Shown: positions 12,474-24,613 of the stretch, piece after piece | How positions within the stretch are numbered: position 1 is the first letter of the stretch | Layout: every line of letters starts with the position of its first letter | From: an uncultured Lachnospiraceae bacterium | GTDB taxonomy: Bacteria > Bacillota > Clostridia > TANB77 > CAG-508 | Assembly: GCA_964489885.1 (NCBI GenBank) | Contig: CAZAZX010000003.1 | Coordinates: forward strand, 29,036-93,035 | Reading direction: 5' to 3' | DNA: 64,000 nucleotides | The notes under the pieces: generated by a model | Databases searched by the model: none | What the model was told of the DNA's origin: nothing | Seen by the model: the letters and a program-made list of their open reading frames with translations, nothing else | Program-made: the position numbers and the translations under genes

Positions 12474-12842
12474 TTATAAAACTTCTGGAGCAAGTGAAAG
12501 AATTTTCATATAATTCTTTTCTCTTAATTCTCTTGCTACTGGGCCAAATATACGTGTTCCTCTTGGATTACCATCATCACGTATAATAACTGCTGCATTT
12601 TCATCAAATTTTACATAAGAACCATCTGGTCTTCTAGCACCTTTTTTTGTTCTAACTACAACAGCTTTAACAACTTCGCCCTTTTTTACAACGCCACCAG
12701 GTGTAGCATCTTTGACAGAAGCAACTACTAAGTCACCGATACCTGCATATTTTCTATGTGAACCACCTAAACATCTAATACACATAATCTCTTTAGCTCC
12801 AGTATTATCAGCAACTTTCAATATTGATTGTTGTTGTACCAT
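12474..12842 (-). CDS. rplN: 50S ribosomal protein L14 (uL14), 122 aa
   Basis: Conserved L14 sequence. Confidence 0.95.
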   Translation of the reverse strand: MVQQQSILKVADNTGAKEIMCIRCLGGSHRKYAGIGDLVVASVKDATPGGVVKKGEVVKAVVVRTKKGARRPDGSYVKFDENAAVIIRDDGNPRGTRIFGPVARELREKNYMKILSLAPEVL

Positions 12843-12868
12843 TTTTGTTTAGCCTCCTTCTTTATTTT

Positions 12869-13132
12869 TTATTTAATAACAGCCTTTTCCATAATTTCAA
12901 CAACTCTCCATCTCTTATCTTTTGATAGAGGTCTTGTTTCCATTACTTTAACTTTATCTCCAACTTTACAAGCATTTTCTTCATCATGTGCCTTTAATTT
13001 ATATGTTCTTTTAACAATTTTTCCATATAATTTATGCTTTACATTAGTTGTAACAGCTACGACAACAGTTTTATCCATTTTATCAGATACAACTGTGCCT
13101 ATCATAACTTTACGAAGATTTCTTTCTGCCAT
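12869..13132 (-). CDS. rpsQ: 30S ribosomal protein S17 (uS17), 87 aa
   Basis: Conserved S17 sequence. Confidence 0.93.
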   Translation of the reverse strand: MAERNLRKVMIGTVVSDKMDKTVVVAVTTNVKHKLYGKIVKRTYKLKAHDEENACKVGDKVKVMETRPLSKDKRWRVVEIMEKAVIK

Positions 13133-13167
13133 TTTAAAATTCTCCTTTCTTCATTTTTAAAAAATGC

Positions 13168-13374
13168 TTATACATTTTTACTTTCTTCTAATTCTCTTTG
13201 TCTTAACACAGTATTTATTCTAGCTATATCTCTTCTAACTTCTCTTATTCTTAATGGGTTATCTAATCCACTTGTAGCTAAGTTAAATCTTAACTTGAAT
13301 AGTTCTGTTTTTAATTCTGATAATTCTTTCTCTAAATCTGGTGAAGACATTTCAGTTATTTTATTTATCTTCAT
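13168..13374 (-). CDS. rpmC: 50S ribosomal protein L29 (uL29), ~68 aa
   Basis: L29 sequence [18 protein letters not shown]... The start is set at the ATG 6 nt after the AGGTGGTG SD; the listed ORF begins 4 codons earlier at a GTG. Confidence 0.88.
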   Translation of the reverse strand: MKINKITEMSSPDLEKELSELKTELFKLRFNLATSGLDNPLRIREVRRDIARINTVLRQRELEESKNV

Positions 13375-13804
13375 CATTATCACCACCTATTTCATTTTCT
13401 TTGCTTAAAAATTTACATTTTACAGGTAGTTTGTGCATTGCAAGTCTTAAAGCTTCCTTTGCAGTTTCTTCTGGTACACCAGCAATTTCAAATAATACTC
13501 TTCCTGGTTTTACTACAGCAACCCAATATTCTGGAGCTCCTTTACCTTTACCCATACGAGTTTCAGCTGGTTTCTTTGTTATTGGCTTATCAGGGAAGAT
13601 CTTAATCCAAACTTTTCCACCTCTTTTAACAAAACGTGTCATAGCAACACGAGCTGCTTCGATTTGGTTTGAAGTAATGAATCCTGCCTCTAACGCTTGT
13701 AATCCATATTCTCCATCAGTAACTTTATTTCCTCTTAAAGCCTTTCCTCTGTTTCTACCTTTTTGCATTTTTCTATATTTACTTCTTTTTGGCATTATAG
13801 GCAT
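13361..13804 (-). CDS. rplP: 50S ribosomal protein L16 (uL16), 147 aa
   Basis: [20 protein letters not shown]...; its ATG overlaps the rpsC stop (TAATG coupling). Confidence 0.93.
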   Translation of the reverse strand: MPIMPKRSKYRKMQKGRNRGKALRGNKVTDGEYGLQALEAGFITSNQIEAARVAMTRFVKRGGKVWIKIFPDKPITKKPAETRMGKGKGAPEYWVAVVKPGRVLFEIAGVPEETAKEALRLAMHKLPVKCKFLSKENEIGGDNDEDK

Positions 13805-14466
13805 TATTCTTCTCCTCCTTTCGCAGTTTCAGTTTTTGTGCCAAGAATTTCTCCTTTATAAATCCAAACTTTTACACCAATTTTTCCATATGTTGTATTA
13901 GCTTCAGCAAATCCGTAATCTATATCTGCTCTTAATGTTTGTAATGGAACTGTACCTTCTTTATAAAATTCAGTTCTAGCCATATCTGCTCCGCCTAATC
14001 TTCCAGATACAGATGTTTTAATTCCTAATGCTCCTGCTTTTATCGCTTTTTGCATACATTGTTTCATAGCTCTTCTGAAAGAAATTCTTTTTTCCAATTG
14101 TGTTGCAATATTTTCAGCAACTAATTGAGCATCTATATCAATATTTTTAACTTCAACAATATTTAAATTAACATCTTTGTTAATCATTTTTTGTAATTCA
14201 GCTTTTAAACTCTCTGCTAAATTTCCGCCCTTTCCTATAACCAATCCAGGTTTAGCTGTATATACATTAATTTTTACAAACTTTGGTGTTCTTTCAATTT
14301 CAATTTTTGAAATACCACTTGCATATAATTTTTTCTTAAGCAATTTACGAATATTATAATCTTCTATAAGATAATCACTAAAGTGTTTATCATCTGCATA
14401 CCATTTTGAGTCCCAGTCTTTGATTATACCTACTCTTAATCCATGTGGATGCATTTTTTGTCCCAT
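13804..14466 (-). CDS. rpsC: 30S ribosomal protein S3 (uS3), 220 aa
   Basis: KH-domain S3 sequence. Confidence 0.95.
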   Translation of the reverse strand: MGQKMHPHGLRVGIIKDWDSKWYADDKHFSDYLIEDYNIRKLLKKKLYASGISKIEIERTPKFVKINVYTAKPGLVIGKGGNLAESLKAELQKMINKDVNLNIVEVKNIDIDAQLVAENIATQLEKRISFRRAMKQCMQKAIKAGALGIKTSVSGRLGGADMARTEFYKEGTVPLQTLRADIDYGFAEANTTYGKIGVKVWIYKGEILGTKTETAKGGEE

Positions 14467-14489
14467 GCTTTTTCTTCCTCCTTACTTTC

Positions 14490-14852
14490 TTATTTATCTC
14501 TTTCTCTTAAAACTATTGTTATTTTACTTGTTCTTTTTCTAATTCTAACTGCAGAACCTTTTGCAGCAGGTCTTATTCTTTTTAATGTAGGTCCTTGATT
14601 AGCATATATTTCAGCAATATAAAGTTTATTAACATCCATAGCATGGTTGTTTTCTGCATTTGCTATTGCTGACTTTAATAATTTTTCTAAAATCTCAGAT
14701 GAAGCCTTAGGTGTAAATTTAACTATTGCTAATGCTTCTTGAACATCTTTACCTCTAATTAAATCTGCTACAATTTTAACTTTTCTACTTGAAATTCTAG
14801 CATAATTTAATGTAGCTCTAGCTTCTGTTCTTACTTCTTCTACTTCTGCCAC
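14490..14852 (-). CDS. rplV: 50S ribosomal protein L22 (uL22), 120 aa
   Basis: Conserved L22 sequence. Confidence 0.95.
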   Translation of the reverse strand: MAEVEEVRTEARATLNYARISSRKVKIVADLIRGKDVQEALAIVKFTPKASSEILEKLLKSAIANAENNHAMDVNKLYIAEIYANQGPTLKRIRPAAKGSAVRIRKRTSKITIVLRERDK

Positions 14853-14887
14853 TGTATTCCCCTCCTAATAAAAATTTAAAATCTCAT

Positions 14888-15166
14888 TTATTTAACATCA
14901 GTTGTTTTCTCGCCTGTATGTCCTTTAAATGTTCTTGTTGGAGCAAATTCTCCTAATTTATGTCCAATCATTTCTTCTGAAATGTAAATTGGAACATGTT
15001 TTCTTCCATCATGAACAGCAATTGTATGTCCTACCATTTGTGGGTATATTGTAGAAGCTCTAGACCATGTTTTTAAAACGTCTTTTTTTCCTGTTTCATT
15101 CATTGCTTCTACTCTTTTTAATAGTTCAGGTGCAACAAAAGGCTTTTTCTTGCTAGATCTTGACAT
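14888..15166 (-). CDS. rpsS: 30S ribosomal protein S19 (uS19), 92 aa
   Basis: Conserved S19 sequence ([28 protein letters not shown]). Confidence 0.95.
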   Translation of the reverse strand: MSRSSKKKPFVAPELLKRVEAMNETGKKDVLKTWSRASTIYPQMVGHTIAVHDGRKHVPIYISEEMIGHKLGEFAPTRTFKGHTGEKTTDVK

Positions 15167-15238
15167 AGTATTTCCTCCTTTTTTAATTATTCACTATTCG
15201 TTATTTATTTTCAACTATTACATAGCTTTAACAAATAA

Positions 15239-16066
15239 TTATTTTCTTCTCTTTACAATAAATTTATTTGATTGCTTTTTCTTATTTCTTGTCTTATATC
15301 CTAATGCAGGTTTGCCCCAAGGAGTTAATGGTCCTGGTCTACCTACTGGTGCCTTACCTTCACCACCACCATGAGGGTGATCAACTGGGTTCATTGCAGA
15401 ACCTCTAACTGTAGGTCTTACTCCTAAATGTCTTGTTCTACCAGCTTTACCAAGTTTAATATTTTCATAATCTGAGTTTCCAACTGTTCCAACTGTGGCT
15501 CTACATCTTGAAAGAACTAATCTCATTTCTCCTGAAGGTAATTTTATATGTGCATATTTTCCTTCTTTTGCCATCAACTGAGCCTCTTGTCCAGCTGCTC
15601 TAACCATTTTTCCACCTTGTCCTGGATTTAATTCAATATTATGAATCATTGTACCAACAGGTATATTCTCAATTGGCAAACAATTGCCAACTTTAATATC
15701 TGAATTTGGACCAGATACAACCTTATCTCCATCTTTTAGTCCTATTGGAGCTAATATATATGCCTTTGTTTTATCTTCATATTCTATTAGTGCGATATTT
15801 GCACTTCTATTTGGATCATATTCTATACCTATTACTGTTGCAGGCATATCATCCTTCATACGTTTAAAATCAATAATTCTATATTTTTGTCTGTTTCCAC
15901 CACCTTGATGTCTTACTGTTATTCTACCATAAGAATTTCTACCAGCATTTTTCTTTTTATTAGCAATTAAAGATTTTTCAGGTTTCTTTTTTGTAATTTC
16001 CTCAAATGTAGAACTTGACATATTTCTTCTTGATGGTGTTGTTGCACTATAATGTTTAATTCCCAT
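15239..16066 (-). CDS. rplB: 50S ribosomal protein L2 (uL2), 275 aa
   Basis: Conserved L2 sequence. Confidence 0.95.
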   Translation of the reverse strand: MGIKHYSATTPSRRNMSSSTFEEITKKKPEKSLIANKKKNAGRNSYGRITVRHQGGGNRQKYRIIDFKRMKDDMPATVIGIEYDPNRSANIALIEYEDKTKAYILAPIGLKDGDKVVSGPNSDIKVGNCLPIENIPVGTMIHNIELNPGQGGKMVRAAGQEAQLMAKEGKYAHIKLPSGEMRLVLSRCRATVGTVGNSDYENIKLGKAGRTRHLGVRPTVRGSAMNPVDHPHGGGEGKAPVGRPGPLTPWGKPALGYKTRNKKKQSNKFIVKRRK

Positions 16067-16135
16067 TTTGTTTTCAATCCTTTCTATACTTTATTTTCCT
16101 AGTTTGTTTCTAGATAATTTCGTTTGAATTTATAA

Positions 16136-16483
16136 CTAAACTCCTGTAAATTCATCGATTCCTTCTTTATATTTATTTGATACTTTAACTTCTTTTCCGC
16201 CTTTTCCTAAATATTTTCCATCTTGTGGTTGAGTATCAACAAATACTATTGCTTTTTTCCAGTCTGAAGTTCTACCTACATGAACTCCAACCCTCTTTGT
16301 TTTTCCATTCATATTAATTGTATTAACTTTTAATACCTTAACATTGAATAGCTTTTCAACAGCTGATGCTATTTGAATTTTTGTAGCATTTTTAGCTACC
16401 TTAAAGGTATACTTTCCTTCTTCTAAAGCTGCATTGCTTTTTTCTGTAACTATAGGTTTAATAATTATATCTTCTGGTCTCAT
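16136..16483 (-). CDS. rplW: 50S ribosomal protein L23 (uL23), 115 aa, with a ~20-aa C-terminal extension
   Basis: L23 core ([10 protein letters not shown]...KKAIV) plus an extra lysine-rich tail. Confidence 0.9.
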   Translation of the reverse strand: MRPEDIIIKPIVTEKSNAALEEGKYTFKVAKNATKIQIASAVEKLFNVKVLKVNTINMNGKTKRVGVHVGRTSDWKKAIVFVDTQPQDGKYLGKGGKEVKVSNKYKEGIDEFTGV

Positions 16484-17106
16484 TATGCGTACACCTCCTC
16501 AATTTTCTTAACAGTATCTAATGTAACAACAAGTTTATTACATTTTAATAAGTCATAAACATTGATTGTATTAACTAAAGAAGTTTTAACACCTTCAATA
16601 TTTCTTGCTGATTTTTGTACTATTTCATTTTTCTCAGGTAAAAGAATTAATGTTTTCCCTTCAACTTTTAAATTGTTTAATGCATCTTGCATATTTTTAG
16701 TCTTTATTTCTTTAAAAGGCATTTTATCAACAACAATTAATTGATTTTCCTGAACTTTAGAACTTAATACAGATTTAATAGCAAGTCTCTTTTCCTTTTT
16801 ATTAACTCTATATTTATAACTTCTTGGTTTTGGTCCAAGAGCAATTCCACCTTTAATCCATTGTGTTGCTCTAATACTTCCTTGTCTTGCTCTACCTGTT
16901 CCTTTTTGTCTCCATGGCTTTCTTCCACCACCGCTTACTTCAGCTCTAGTTTTTGTACTTTGTGTTCCTTGTCTTTGATTTGCTAAATAATTAACTAAAA
17001 CACTATGTACAACATCTTCATTTGGATCAATTCCAAATATTTCTTCATTTAGCTCTATATCGCTAACTTTTTTTCCTTTAATATCATATACATCTATTTT
17101 AGGCAT
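16483..17106 (-). CDS. rplD: 50S ribosomal protein L4 (uL4), 207 aa
   Basis: Conserved L4 sequence. Confidence 0.93.
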   Translation of the reverse strand: MPKIDVYDIKGKKVSDIELNEEIFGIDPNEDVVHSVLVNYLANQRQGTQSTKTRAEVSGGGRKPWRQKGTGRARQGSIRATQWIKGGIALGPKPRSYKYRVNKKEKRLAIKSVLSSKVQENQLIVVDKMPFKEIKTKNMQDALNNLKVEGKTLILLPEKNEIVQKSARNIEGVKTSLVNTINVYDLLKCNKLVVTLDTVKKIEEVYA

Positions 17107-17123
17107 CGTTTATCCTCCTTTCC

Positions 17124-17762
17124 CTAATTTGCTGTTTTAACAGTATTCATTATTTTTAGTATGCTTCCTTTATTTCCTGGAACGCTACCTTTTACTAATA
17201 TTACATTTTTATCCAAATCAACTTTAACTACTTCTAAATTTTGGATTGTAACTTTTTCAACACCCATATGTCCTGGTAATTTTTTACCCTTAAATACTCT
17301 ACCTGGTGTTGATGTTGGTCCCATTGAACCTGGTCTTCTATGATACATAGAACCATGTCCCATAGGTCCTCTATGTTGTCCATGACGTTTAATTACACCT
17401 TGAAATCCTTTTCCTTTTGTTATTCCTTGAATGTCAACTTTATCTCCAGCTGTAAAAACGTCTGCTTTTATTTCTGCTCCAGTTTTTAAATCTTCTACAG
17501 AACTTAATCTGAATTCTCTTAAGTGTTTCTTTGGAGCTACATTTATTTTCTTAAACGCTCCCATTTCAGGTTTGTTTACTTTTTTCTCTTTTACTTCTCC
17601 GAATCCTAATTTTACTGCAGTATATCCATCTGTTTCAACTGTTTTTATTTGAACAACTGTACATGGTCCAGCTTCAATTGCAGTAACAGGGATTACATTT
17701 CCTTTTTCGTCGAATATTTGTGTCATTCCGACTTTTCTGCCTATAATTGCTTTGTTCATCAT
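17124..17762 (-). CDS. rplC: 50S ribosomal protein L3 (uL3), 212 aa
   Basis: Conserved L3 sequence. Confidence 0.93.
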   Translation of the reverse strand: MMNKAIIGRKVGMTQIFDEKGNVIPVTAIEAGPCTVVQIKTVETDGYTAVKLGFGEVKEKKVNKPEMGAFKKINVAPKKHLREFRLSSVEDLKTGAEIKADVFTAGDKVDIQGITKGKGFQGVIKRHGQHRGPMGHGSMYHRRPGSMGPTSTPGRVFKGKKLPGHMGVEKVTIQNLEVVKVDLDKNVILVKGSVPGNKGSILKIMNTVKTAN

Positions 17763-17827
17763 TTTTTCCTCCTAACTATTGGCTGACTTTCTTTGCCAGC
17801 TTGGTTTGAATTTTAGAAATCTAAACC

Positions 17828-18157
17828 TTATAATTTTATTTCAATTTCTACACCAGCAGGTAAATCTAACTTCATTAGATTGTCTACTGTCTTTTGTGTT
17901 GGATACAAGATATCAATAACTCTTTTATGTGTTCTCATTTCAAATTGCTCTCTTGAATCTTTGTCTTTATGTGGAGAACGTAAAATTGTTACGATTTCTT
18001 TCTTTGTTGGAAGTGGAATAGGTCCTGATACTTTTGCTCCTGTTTTCTTAGCAGTATCTACTATTTTTTCAGCAGACTGATCTAAAACTACATAATCGTA
18101 TCCCTTTAGTCTAATTCTTATTTTGTCACTTCCTACTAATTTGTTTGATGTTGCCAT
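17828..18157 (-). CDS. rpsJ: 30S ribosomal protein S10 (uS10), 109 aa
   Basis: Conserved S10 sequence; SD AAGGAGGG upstream; first gene of the cluster. Confidence 0.95.
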   Translation of the reverse strand: MATSNKLVGSDKIRIRLKGYDYVVLDQSAEKIVDTAKKTGAKVSGPIPLPTKKEIVTILRSPHKDKDSREQFEMRTHKRVIDILYPTQKTVDNLMKLDLPAGVEIEIKL

Positions 18158-18421
18158 TAATTTCCCTCCTTAAAATAAATTTCAGGCAAGTCAACAACGC
18201 ATCCTGGTGTTTCTTATATTACCATTTTTTATGCCTAAGTTTGAATAAACTTAGGTTTTGGATACCTTATTCAAACTTTCGCCTGGTCTAAGCCAAGACA
18301 TACTCTGCAGAAGTTCCCTCCGTAAAAACGTAGCCACATTCTGCTTCATCGCAAATCCATACGCTTAATTATTATACACTAGAAATACTAGTAATGTCAA
18401 CCATTATTTGATATTTTTTAC

Positions 18422-18476
18422 ATAAAAAATAGGGGAAACCGCAATACGGCAATTATGCCATATCACGGTCTTCCCT
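18422..18476 (-). terminator. Rho-independent terminator downstream of the 105-aa ORF and upstream of the S10 leader
   Basis: Minus-strand hairpin GGGAAGACCG...CGGTTTCCCC, with an internal GGCAATTATGCC sub-hairpin, followed by TATTTTTTATG. Confidence 0.55.
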
Positions 18477-18492
18477 TATCGATTAAAAGGAC

Positions 18493-18810
18493 TCACAGCA
18501 GAAAGTGGTTTTTTGCAGTTATTTTTATTACCGGTGTTGGCTTAAAAGACATATCGAACGTCATCAGTTCAATTGATGTTACAAAGTCACACTTTTTTGG
18601 TACACACACCACATAATCTGCAACCACTTTTTCTGACAAGTCTTTCCAATCTTTTTCCTTTGCAATGAGTTCATCGAACTTTTTATCAAGACCGTTTTTT
18701 TTGCAAAAATTTATTATTCTTTCTTTGCTTTCCATTTCACTTTCTTGATTTTCACTGTAAAGAAAATTCTTTCCATCTCTAATGAAATCCTCTAGTTTTT
18801 TGTCCTTCAT
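18493..18810 (-). CDS. Hypothetical protein, 105 aa
   Basis: ORF between clpX and the S10 cluster with no recognisable motifs; a terminator follows it. Confidence 0.4.
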   Translation of the reverse strand: MKDKKLEDFIRDGKNFLYSENQESEMESKERIINFCKKNGLDKKFDELIAKEKDWKDLSEKVVADYVVCVPKKCDFVTSIELMTFDMSFKPTPVIKITAKNHFLL

Positions 18811-18897
18811 TAATATGTCTCCTCTCTAGACATCTATTAGAGAAACAACTAATATAATATATATAAATATATTATGCGAATAAATAATTATGCATTA

Positions 18898-20181
18898 CTA
18901 CGAAGCATTTTCCTTTTTAGCTACTTTACTTTTTATTTTTTGTTCATTGTTATCAGCAAAAATTAATTTAGGTGCTTCATTATTTTCAACAGTCTCACGT
19001 GTAATTATGCATTTTTCAATATTTGGATTTGAAGGAATATCAAACATTACATCCCTCATTATATCTTCAACAATTGAGCGTAAACCTCTGGCACCCGTAT
19101 TTCTTTCAATAGCTTTGTTTACTATAGCCTCTAATGCATTATCGTCGAATTCTAATTCGACATCATCTAATTCAACTAATTTTTTATATTGTTTCATTAA
19201 CGAATTTTTAGGTTCTGTAAATATTTTTATTAATGCATCTTTATCTAATTCATGTAATGTTGCAATAATTGGTAATCTTCCAACAAATTCTGGTATTAAT
19301 CCAAATTTTAATAAGTCTTGAGGTAGCATTTCACTAAATACCTCATAACGTTTTAACTCTTTAATGCTTTCAACATTTGCACCAAATCCAATTGTCTTTT
19401 TACCTATTCTATCTTTTATTATATTTTCAAGCCCTTCGAAAGCTCCACCACATATAAATAAAATATTTTCAGTGTTTATTTGTATAAATTCTTGATGTGG
19501 ATGTTTTCTTCCACCTTGTGGCGGAACTGATGCTACTGTACCTTCAACAATTTTTAATAAAGCTTGTTGAACACCTTCTCCACTAACATCTCTTGTAATA
19601 GAAGGATTTTCAGATTTTCTAGAAATTTTATCAATTTCATCTATATATATAATTCCTTTTTCTGCTTTTTGAACATCAAAATCCGCAGCTTGAATCAATT
19701 TTAGTAATATGTTTTCAACATCTTCCCCAACATAACCTGCTTCTGTTAATGTTGTCGCATCCGCTATTGCAAATGGAACATTCAAAACTTTCGCAAGTGT
19801 TTGAGCTAACAATGTTTTTCCAGAACCAGTTGGACCTAATAAAAGAATATTACTTTTCTGTATTTCTACATCACTAATTTCCTTCATACTATTTATTCTT
19901 TTATAATGATTATATACAGCTACAGCTAATGTTTTTTTTGCATCTTCTTGACCTATTACGTATTCATCTAAAACCTTTTTTATTTCTTTAGGTGTTGGAA
20001 TTTTATCATTTTTTGTTTCATATTCTGTTTCATCATCATAGTTTTCGTCTTCTAAAATATTGCCACAAACCTTTATACATTCATCACAAATATATACCCC
20101 TGGTCCTGCAACAATTTTTTTTACATTTTCCTGTGTCTTACCACAGAAAGAACATCTTATTGTTTTATCATTTTTTGGCAT
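18898..20181 (-). CDS. clpX: ATP-dependent Clp protease ATP-binding subunit ClpX, 427 aa
   Basis: N-terminal zinc-binding domain (CSFCGK...CDEC), Walker A GPTGSGKT, and AAA+ core. Confidence 0.95.
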   Translation of the reverse strand: MPKNDKTIRCSFCGKTQENVKKIVAGPGVYICDECIKVCGNILEDENYDDETEYETKNDKIPTPKEIKKVLDEYVIGQEDAKKTLAVAVYNHYKRINSMKEISDVEIQKSNILLLGPTGSGKTLLAQTLAKVLNVPFAIADATTLTEAGYVGEDVENILLKLIQAADFDVQKAEKGIIYIDEIDKISRKSENPSITRDVSGEGVQQALLKIVEGTVASVPPQGGRKHPHQEFIQINTENILFICGGAFEGLENIIKDRIGKKTIGFGANVESIKELKRYEVFSEMLPQDLLKFGLIPEFVGRLPIIATLHELDKDALIKIFTEPKNSLMKQYKKLVELDDVELEFDDNALEAIVNKAIERNTGARGLRSIVEDIMRDVMFDIPSNPNIEKCIITRETVENNEAPKLIFADNNEQKIKSKVAKKENAS

Positions 20182-20211
20182 AAGCGCACCCCTTTATTTG
20201 AAACAAACTAT

Positions 20212-20811
20212 TTAAGCTTTTCTATCTATGATTCCATCTATTAACCCATACTTTAAGGCTTCCTCAGCTGTCATATAGTTATCTCTTTCTGTGTCTTTAT
20301 TTATGACTTCTAATGGTTGCCCTGTTCTTTCGCTTAATAATTTATTTAATTTTTCTCTTGTTCTTACCATGTGATCTGCATGGATTTTTATTTCTGTAGT
20401 TTGTCCTGATAATCCCCCAGAAATCAATGGCTGGTGAATTAATATTTCAGAATTTGGAGTTGCAAATCTTTTTCCCTTAGTTCCTGATGTTAAAAGTACT
20501 GCACCCATGCTTGCTGCCAAGCCAACGCAAATTGTTGAAACTGGGCATTTAATATAATTCATTGTATCAACTATAGCCATACCATCTGAAATTGAACCTC
20601 CAGGGCTGTTTATATAAAATGATATATCTTTATCTGGATCCTCAGACTCTAGGAATAACATTTGTGCTACTACTAGACTTGCTGAAGCACTATTTACATC
20701 CTCTGATAAAAATATAATTCTATCTTTTAATAATCTTGAAAAAATATCGTAAGATCTTTCGCCTTTGCTTGTTTGTTCTATAACATAAGGTACTAAACTA
20801 TTTTTAATCAT
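20212..20811 (-). CDS. clpP: ATP-dependent Clp protease proteolytic subunit ClpP, 199 aa
   Basis: Conserved ClpP sequence with its Ser-His-Asp triad context. Confidence 0.95.
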   Translation of the reverse strand: MIKNSLVPYVIEQTSKGERSYDIFSRLLKDRIIFLSEDVNSASASLVVAQMLFLESEDPDKDISFYINSPGGSISDGMAIVDTMNYIKCPVSTICVGLAASMGAVLLTSGTKGKRFATPNSEILIHQPLISGGLSGQTTEIKIHADHMVRTREKLNKLLSERTGQPLEVINKDTERDNYMTAEEALKYGLIDGIIDRKA

Positions 20812-20833
20812 ATGTTAATTCTCCTTTTTTAAA

Positions 20834-22120
20834 TTATTTACTAAATTTTGCATTTTCTACAAGGTAGTCAATTGTTTTTTCTATTTTTAAAGTATCTGTA
20901 ATGTATTTAATTAATTCTGCATTTTCTTTCAACTCTTCTGATTTTCTTCCATAAGATTTAGCTAATTCTTCAAGTTTTTCATCTATGTCCTTTTCATTAG
21001 GTTCAATTTTTGCTTCTTTGCTAATTGCTTCTAGAACTAATCTTGATTTTACAGATTCCTTAGCTGGTTCATCATATTCCTTTCTAAATTCGCCTTCTGT
21101 TTTATTTACAATTTGTAAATATTGTTCAAAATTTAATCCTTGATAGCTTAATCTTGCTTTCATATCTTCAATCATATGGTCTTTTTCATGTTCAATCATT
21201 CCAGAAGGTATTTCAACTTCAACTGAATCTGTAACAGCTTTTATTGCAGCATCTTCTGTTTCTCTTTTTGCTCTTTCATCATTTTGTTCTTGAAGTCTTT
21301 TTGTAATGCTTGCTTTTAATTCTTTTAATGTGTCAAATTCGCTAACATCTTTTGCAAGTTCATCATCTATTTTAGGTAATTCTTTTTTCTTTATTTCATT
21401 AACTTTTACCTTGAATACAGCATCTTTTCCTGCTAGTTCTTTAGCAAAATATTCTTTTGGAAAAGTTACTTTAATATCTTTTTCTTCTCCCTTTTTCATT
21501 CCAATTATTTGATCTTCAAAACCTTCTATAAAAGAATGACTTCCTATTGTTAATTCGTGATTTTCAGCTTTGCCACCTTCAAAAGGTACACCATCTACTG
21601 AGCCTTCGAAATCAATAACTGCTATATCTTTGTCTTCTACTGGTCTATCTTCAACAGTAACTAATCTAGAATTTTGTTCTGCCATTTTTTCAATTTCTTT
21701 ATTTACATCTTCGTCAGATACATTATACTCTATCTTTTTTAATTCTATACCTTTATATTTTTCAACTTTTACTTCTGGTTTAGTTTGAACAACAGCTGTA
21801 AATTTTAAATCTTTTCCTTTTTCCATTTGTTTAATATCAATTTCTGGATTGCTTACAGCATCAATATTGTTTTCTTTAATTTCTTTTTCGTATATTTCTG
21901 GTACTAATTCATTGAAAGCATCTTCATAGAAAATTTCTTTTCCATATTGTTTTTCTACAATATTATATGGTGCCTTTCCTTTTCTGAAACCAGGTATTGT
22001 AAAATATTTTGCATTTTTTGCATATACTGTTTTCATTGCATCTTCAAATAGTTTTGCTTCTATAGTAAAGCTTAATTTTAATTCATTTGTATTCTTTGTT
22101 TTCTCAACTTTAATACTCAT
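20834..22120 (-). CDS. tig: Trigger factor, 428 aa
   Basis: Trigger-factor domain order (ribosome-binding, FKBP-type PPIase, C-terminal) at the conserved tig-clpP-clpX locus. Confidence 0.93.
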   Translation of the reverse strand: MSIKVEKTKNTNELKLSFTIEAKLFEDAMKTVYAKNAKYFTIPGFRKGKAPYNIVEKQYGKEIFYEDAFNELVPEIYEKEIKENNIDAVSNPEIDIKQMEKGKDLKFTAVVQTKPEVKVEKYKGIELKKIEYNVSDEDVNKEIEKMAEQNSRLVTVEDRPVEDKDIAVIDFEGSVDGVPFEGGKAENHELTIGSHSFIEGFEDQIIGMKKGEEKDIKVTFPKEYFAKELAGKDAVFKVKVNEIKKKELPKIDDELAKDVSEFDTLKELKASITKRLQEQNDERAKRETEDAAIKAVTDSVEVEIPSGMIEHEKDHMIEDMKARLSYQGLNFEQYLQIVNKTEGEFRKEYDEPAKESVKSRLVLEAISKEAKIEPNEKDIDEKLEELAKSYGRKSEELKENAELIKYITDTLKIEKTIDYLVENAKFSK

Positions 22121-22220
22121 TTATTTCAATCCTTCCAAACTTTTTTTGCATTTTAGCTTTTATATTATATCATAAAATTCCGAAAATACAAGCTTTAAAA
22201 TAACTTTATATTCAATTAAT

Positions 22221-23471
22221 TTAGATTTTATTTCCTTCTTCAAGCAACCAATCTATCACATTTATTTTTCTTATACCATCATAATCTGCATCTAAATCGT
22301 CATCCAGTGTCAGAATATATTTAGGATAATTATCATCTATTTTTTTTAGAGGCATTAATTCTCTTTCCAAAACTTTATTATTTTCTTCGTTATTTCCTCT
22401 AGTTGTTAGTGCAACTTGATAATAAATAATATTATCTGGTTTTCTAGCAATAAAATCCACTTCTAAATCATCATATTTTCCTATAAATACTTCATAACCT
22501 CTTCTTAATAGTTCAAGATATACAATATTTTCTAAAATATGTCCCATATCCCTACCAGATTTTTGTCCCAACATATAATACCTAAGTCCTATATCTACAG
22601 CATAATACTTTTCTTGTGTTTTTAACAATTCTCTTCCTTTTATGTCATATCTATTTGCTTTATATATTAGATAGCTATCTATTAATGAATCAACATAATT
22701 TGAAATTGTATTATAAGATGAATTTTTTTCTACTCCTTCCAGATTATCACATATACTTTTTATACTTGTTCTGTTTCCTATATTATCATATAAATATTTT
22801 GTAACTTTTTCTAAAACATTTTTATCTGTAATTCCCTTTCTTTGCATTACATCTTTAAACAAAATTGTATTATAAATTCCATCTAAAAACATATTTATGT
22901 TATCTGGATTTATTTTATATATTTCAATAGATTGAGGAAATGAACTATATTTTAAATAATTTCTAAATTTTCTTGATAAATCCGTTTTATCCTCAAAAGC
23001 AGAAATGTATTCTTTAAACGACAACGGTAACATTTTTATTTCTATATATCTTCCAGTAAGTAATGTTGCCAATTCAGAAGAAAATAGATAAGCATTTGAG
23101 CCGGTTATGTATAAATCAATATTTTTATTTATAAATAGGCTATCTACCGTTTTTTCAAATTCAGCTACATTTTGAATTTCATCTAAAAAAATATATGTTT
23201 TAGAACCTTGCACTAATCTTTCCTTTATATATTCATATAATTTTTTTCTATCTTGTAATTCTTCATAATCAGAATTTTCAAAATTTATTGAAATTATTTG
23301 TTTTTCATCTATGCCAGTTTCCTTTAAGTAATCCTGAAACATTTCAAGTAAAGTTGATTTTCCACACCTTCTAATTCCAGTAATTACCTTTATTATTTGT
23401 TGGTCTTTAAAATTTTTTAATATAGAAAAGTAGTTTTCTCTGTTTATTTTTTTCATACATCTCGCCTCCAT
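22221..23471 (-). CDS. AAA-family ATP-binding protein (AAA_14 plus DUF4143-type architecture), 416 aa
   Basis: Walker A GIRRCGKST, Walker B FLDEIQ, and a C-terminal domain typical of the widespread stand-alone ATPase family. The true start may be MKKINREN, 5 codons in. Confidence 0.7.
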   Translation of the reverse strand: MEARCMKKINRENYFSILKNFKDQQIIKVITGIRRCGKSTLLEMFQDYLKETGIDEKQIISINFENSDYEELQDRKKLYEYIKERLVQGSKTYIFLDEIQNVAEFEKTVDSLFINKNIDLYITGSNAYLFSSELATLLTGRYIEIKMLPLSFKEYISAFEDKTDLSRKFRNYLKYSSFPQSIEIYKINPDNINMFLDGIYNTILFKDVMQRKGITDKNVLEKVTKYLYDNIGNRTSIKSICDNLEGVEKNSSYNTISNYVDSLIDSYLIYKANRYDIKGRELLKTQEKYYAVDIGLRYYMLGQKSGRDMGHILENIVYLELLRRGYEVFIGKYDDLEVDFIARKPDNIIYYQVALTTRGNNEENNKVLERELMPLKKIDDNYPKYILTLDDDLDADYDGIRKINVIDWLLEEGNKI

Positions 23472-23538
23472 CTATATAATAATTATATATCTTCTTTTGT
23501 ATTATGGTCAAGTTTTTTCAAAAATATGAAAAAAGTTT

Positions 23539-24477
23539 CTAATTTTTAGAGTTTTTTACTAATTTTGCTATAAAAAACCCTTCCATAGTTTTAGTTGGCA
23601 ACACTTTTATTGCATAACTCAACTTATTATCTAAATTTGGCAAAGTATCTCTTATTTCAATATTCGTTTTTATTAGCTTTATATTGAAATTATTAATTGC
23701 CCAATTTAGTATATTTTCGTTTTCTTCCATATTAAGTGTACAAGTTGAATAAACCATTTCTCCCCCAGCTTTTAAACTATTATATGCACTTTCAAATAGT
23801 TTTTTTTGCATTTTTGCTAACTGATTCACTCTTTTGATAGACCAATCTCTATAAGTTCCTGGTGATTTTGTTAAAAAACGACCTTCTCCACTACAAGGTG
23901 CATCTAACAACACTTTATCAAAAAATTCATTATATTTTTCAAATATTTTTTCTCCTCTTCCATTTACTACATCGACAATATCTGCACCTTGAATATCTAT
24001 ATTATATTTTAACCTTTCACATCTTATTTTATCTAATTCATTTGCTAAGATATAACCATTATTTTGCATCATAGCTGACATTTGTGTGGTTTTACTTCCT
24101 GGTGCAGCTGTTAAATCTAATAACCTTTCTCCAGATTTTGGATTCAAAACTATTGGTGGAATCATACTAGATAAACTTTGTAAATATATATAACCTTTTT
24201 TGTATATATCTAATGTTTGTATTTCTTTTTCATTTGCATTTTTTATTATTAATGCGTCTTTATACCATGGGACTCTTTCAAATTTTATATTAATTTGTTT
24301 AAAATATTTCATTAAATCTTGAATATTATATTTTATGCTATTTACTCTCAATGTAGTGTATCTATCACTATTCATTCCAATTAAGATTTTATCAACAATA
24401 AGTGGAGAATAATTTTCATACAACTTTTCTATAAAATCATTTGGCAATCTTTTTTTAACATCATTAATTGATAGCAT
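23539..24477 (-). CDS. NOL1/NOP2/Sun-family rRNA m5C methyltransferase (RsmB/RsmF-like), 312 aa
   Basis: SAM-binding DLTAAPGSKT and a catalytic LLDAPCSGEG...TCT Cys pair. Confidence 0.8.
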   Translation of the reverse strand: MLSINDVKKRLPNDFIEKLYENYSPLIVDKILIGMNSDRYTTLRVNSIKYNIQDLMKYFKQINIKFERVPWYKDALIIKNANEKEIQTLDIYKKGYIYLQSLSSMIPPIVLNPKSGERLLDLTAAPGSKTTQMSAMMQNNGYILANELDKIRCERLKYNIDIQGADIVDVVNGRGEKIFEKYNEFFDKVLLDAPCSGEGRFLTKSPGTYRDWSIKRVNQLAKMQKKLFESAYNSLKAGGEMVYSTCTLNMEENENILNWAINNFNIKLIKTNIEIRDTLPNLDNKLSYAIKVLPTKTMEGFFIAKLVKNSKN

Positions 24478-24584
24478 CTTTCTTCTCTCCTTATTCCAAT
24501 AAATTGTACTATATAATTATCAAAAAATCAAAACCTTTTTCTTTCCATTTAAGTCATACAAAATAAATTAAATTTATTTTTTTC

Positions 24585-24613
24585 TTGACAAGATTTTATT
24601 AAAGGTTTATATT
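24585..24613 (+). promoter_or_regulatory. Putative sigma-A promoter of the orphan histidine kinase
   Basis: TTGACA-N17-TATATT, about 80 nt upstream of the SD AGGAGG-9nt-TTG start. Confidence 0.55.

Noticed and set aside
18180-18420. Possible small RNA gene (6S, SRP, RNase P-like) in the GC-enriched S10 upstream region
   Set aside because: No conserved signature segments of SRP RNA, 6S, tmRNA or RNase P RNA could be recognised by eye. It is kept only as a leader-structure observation.
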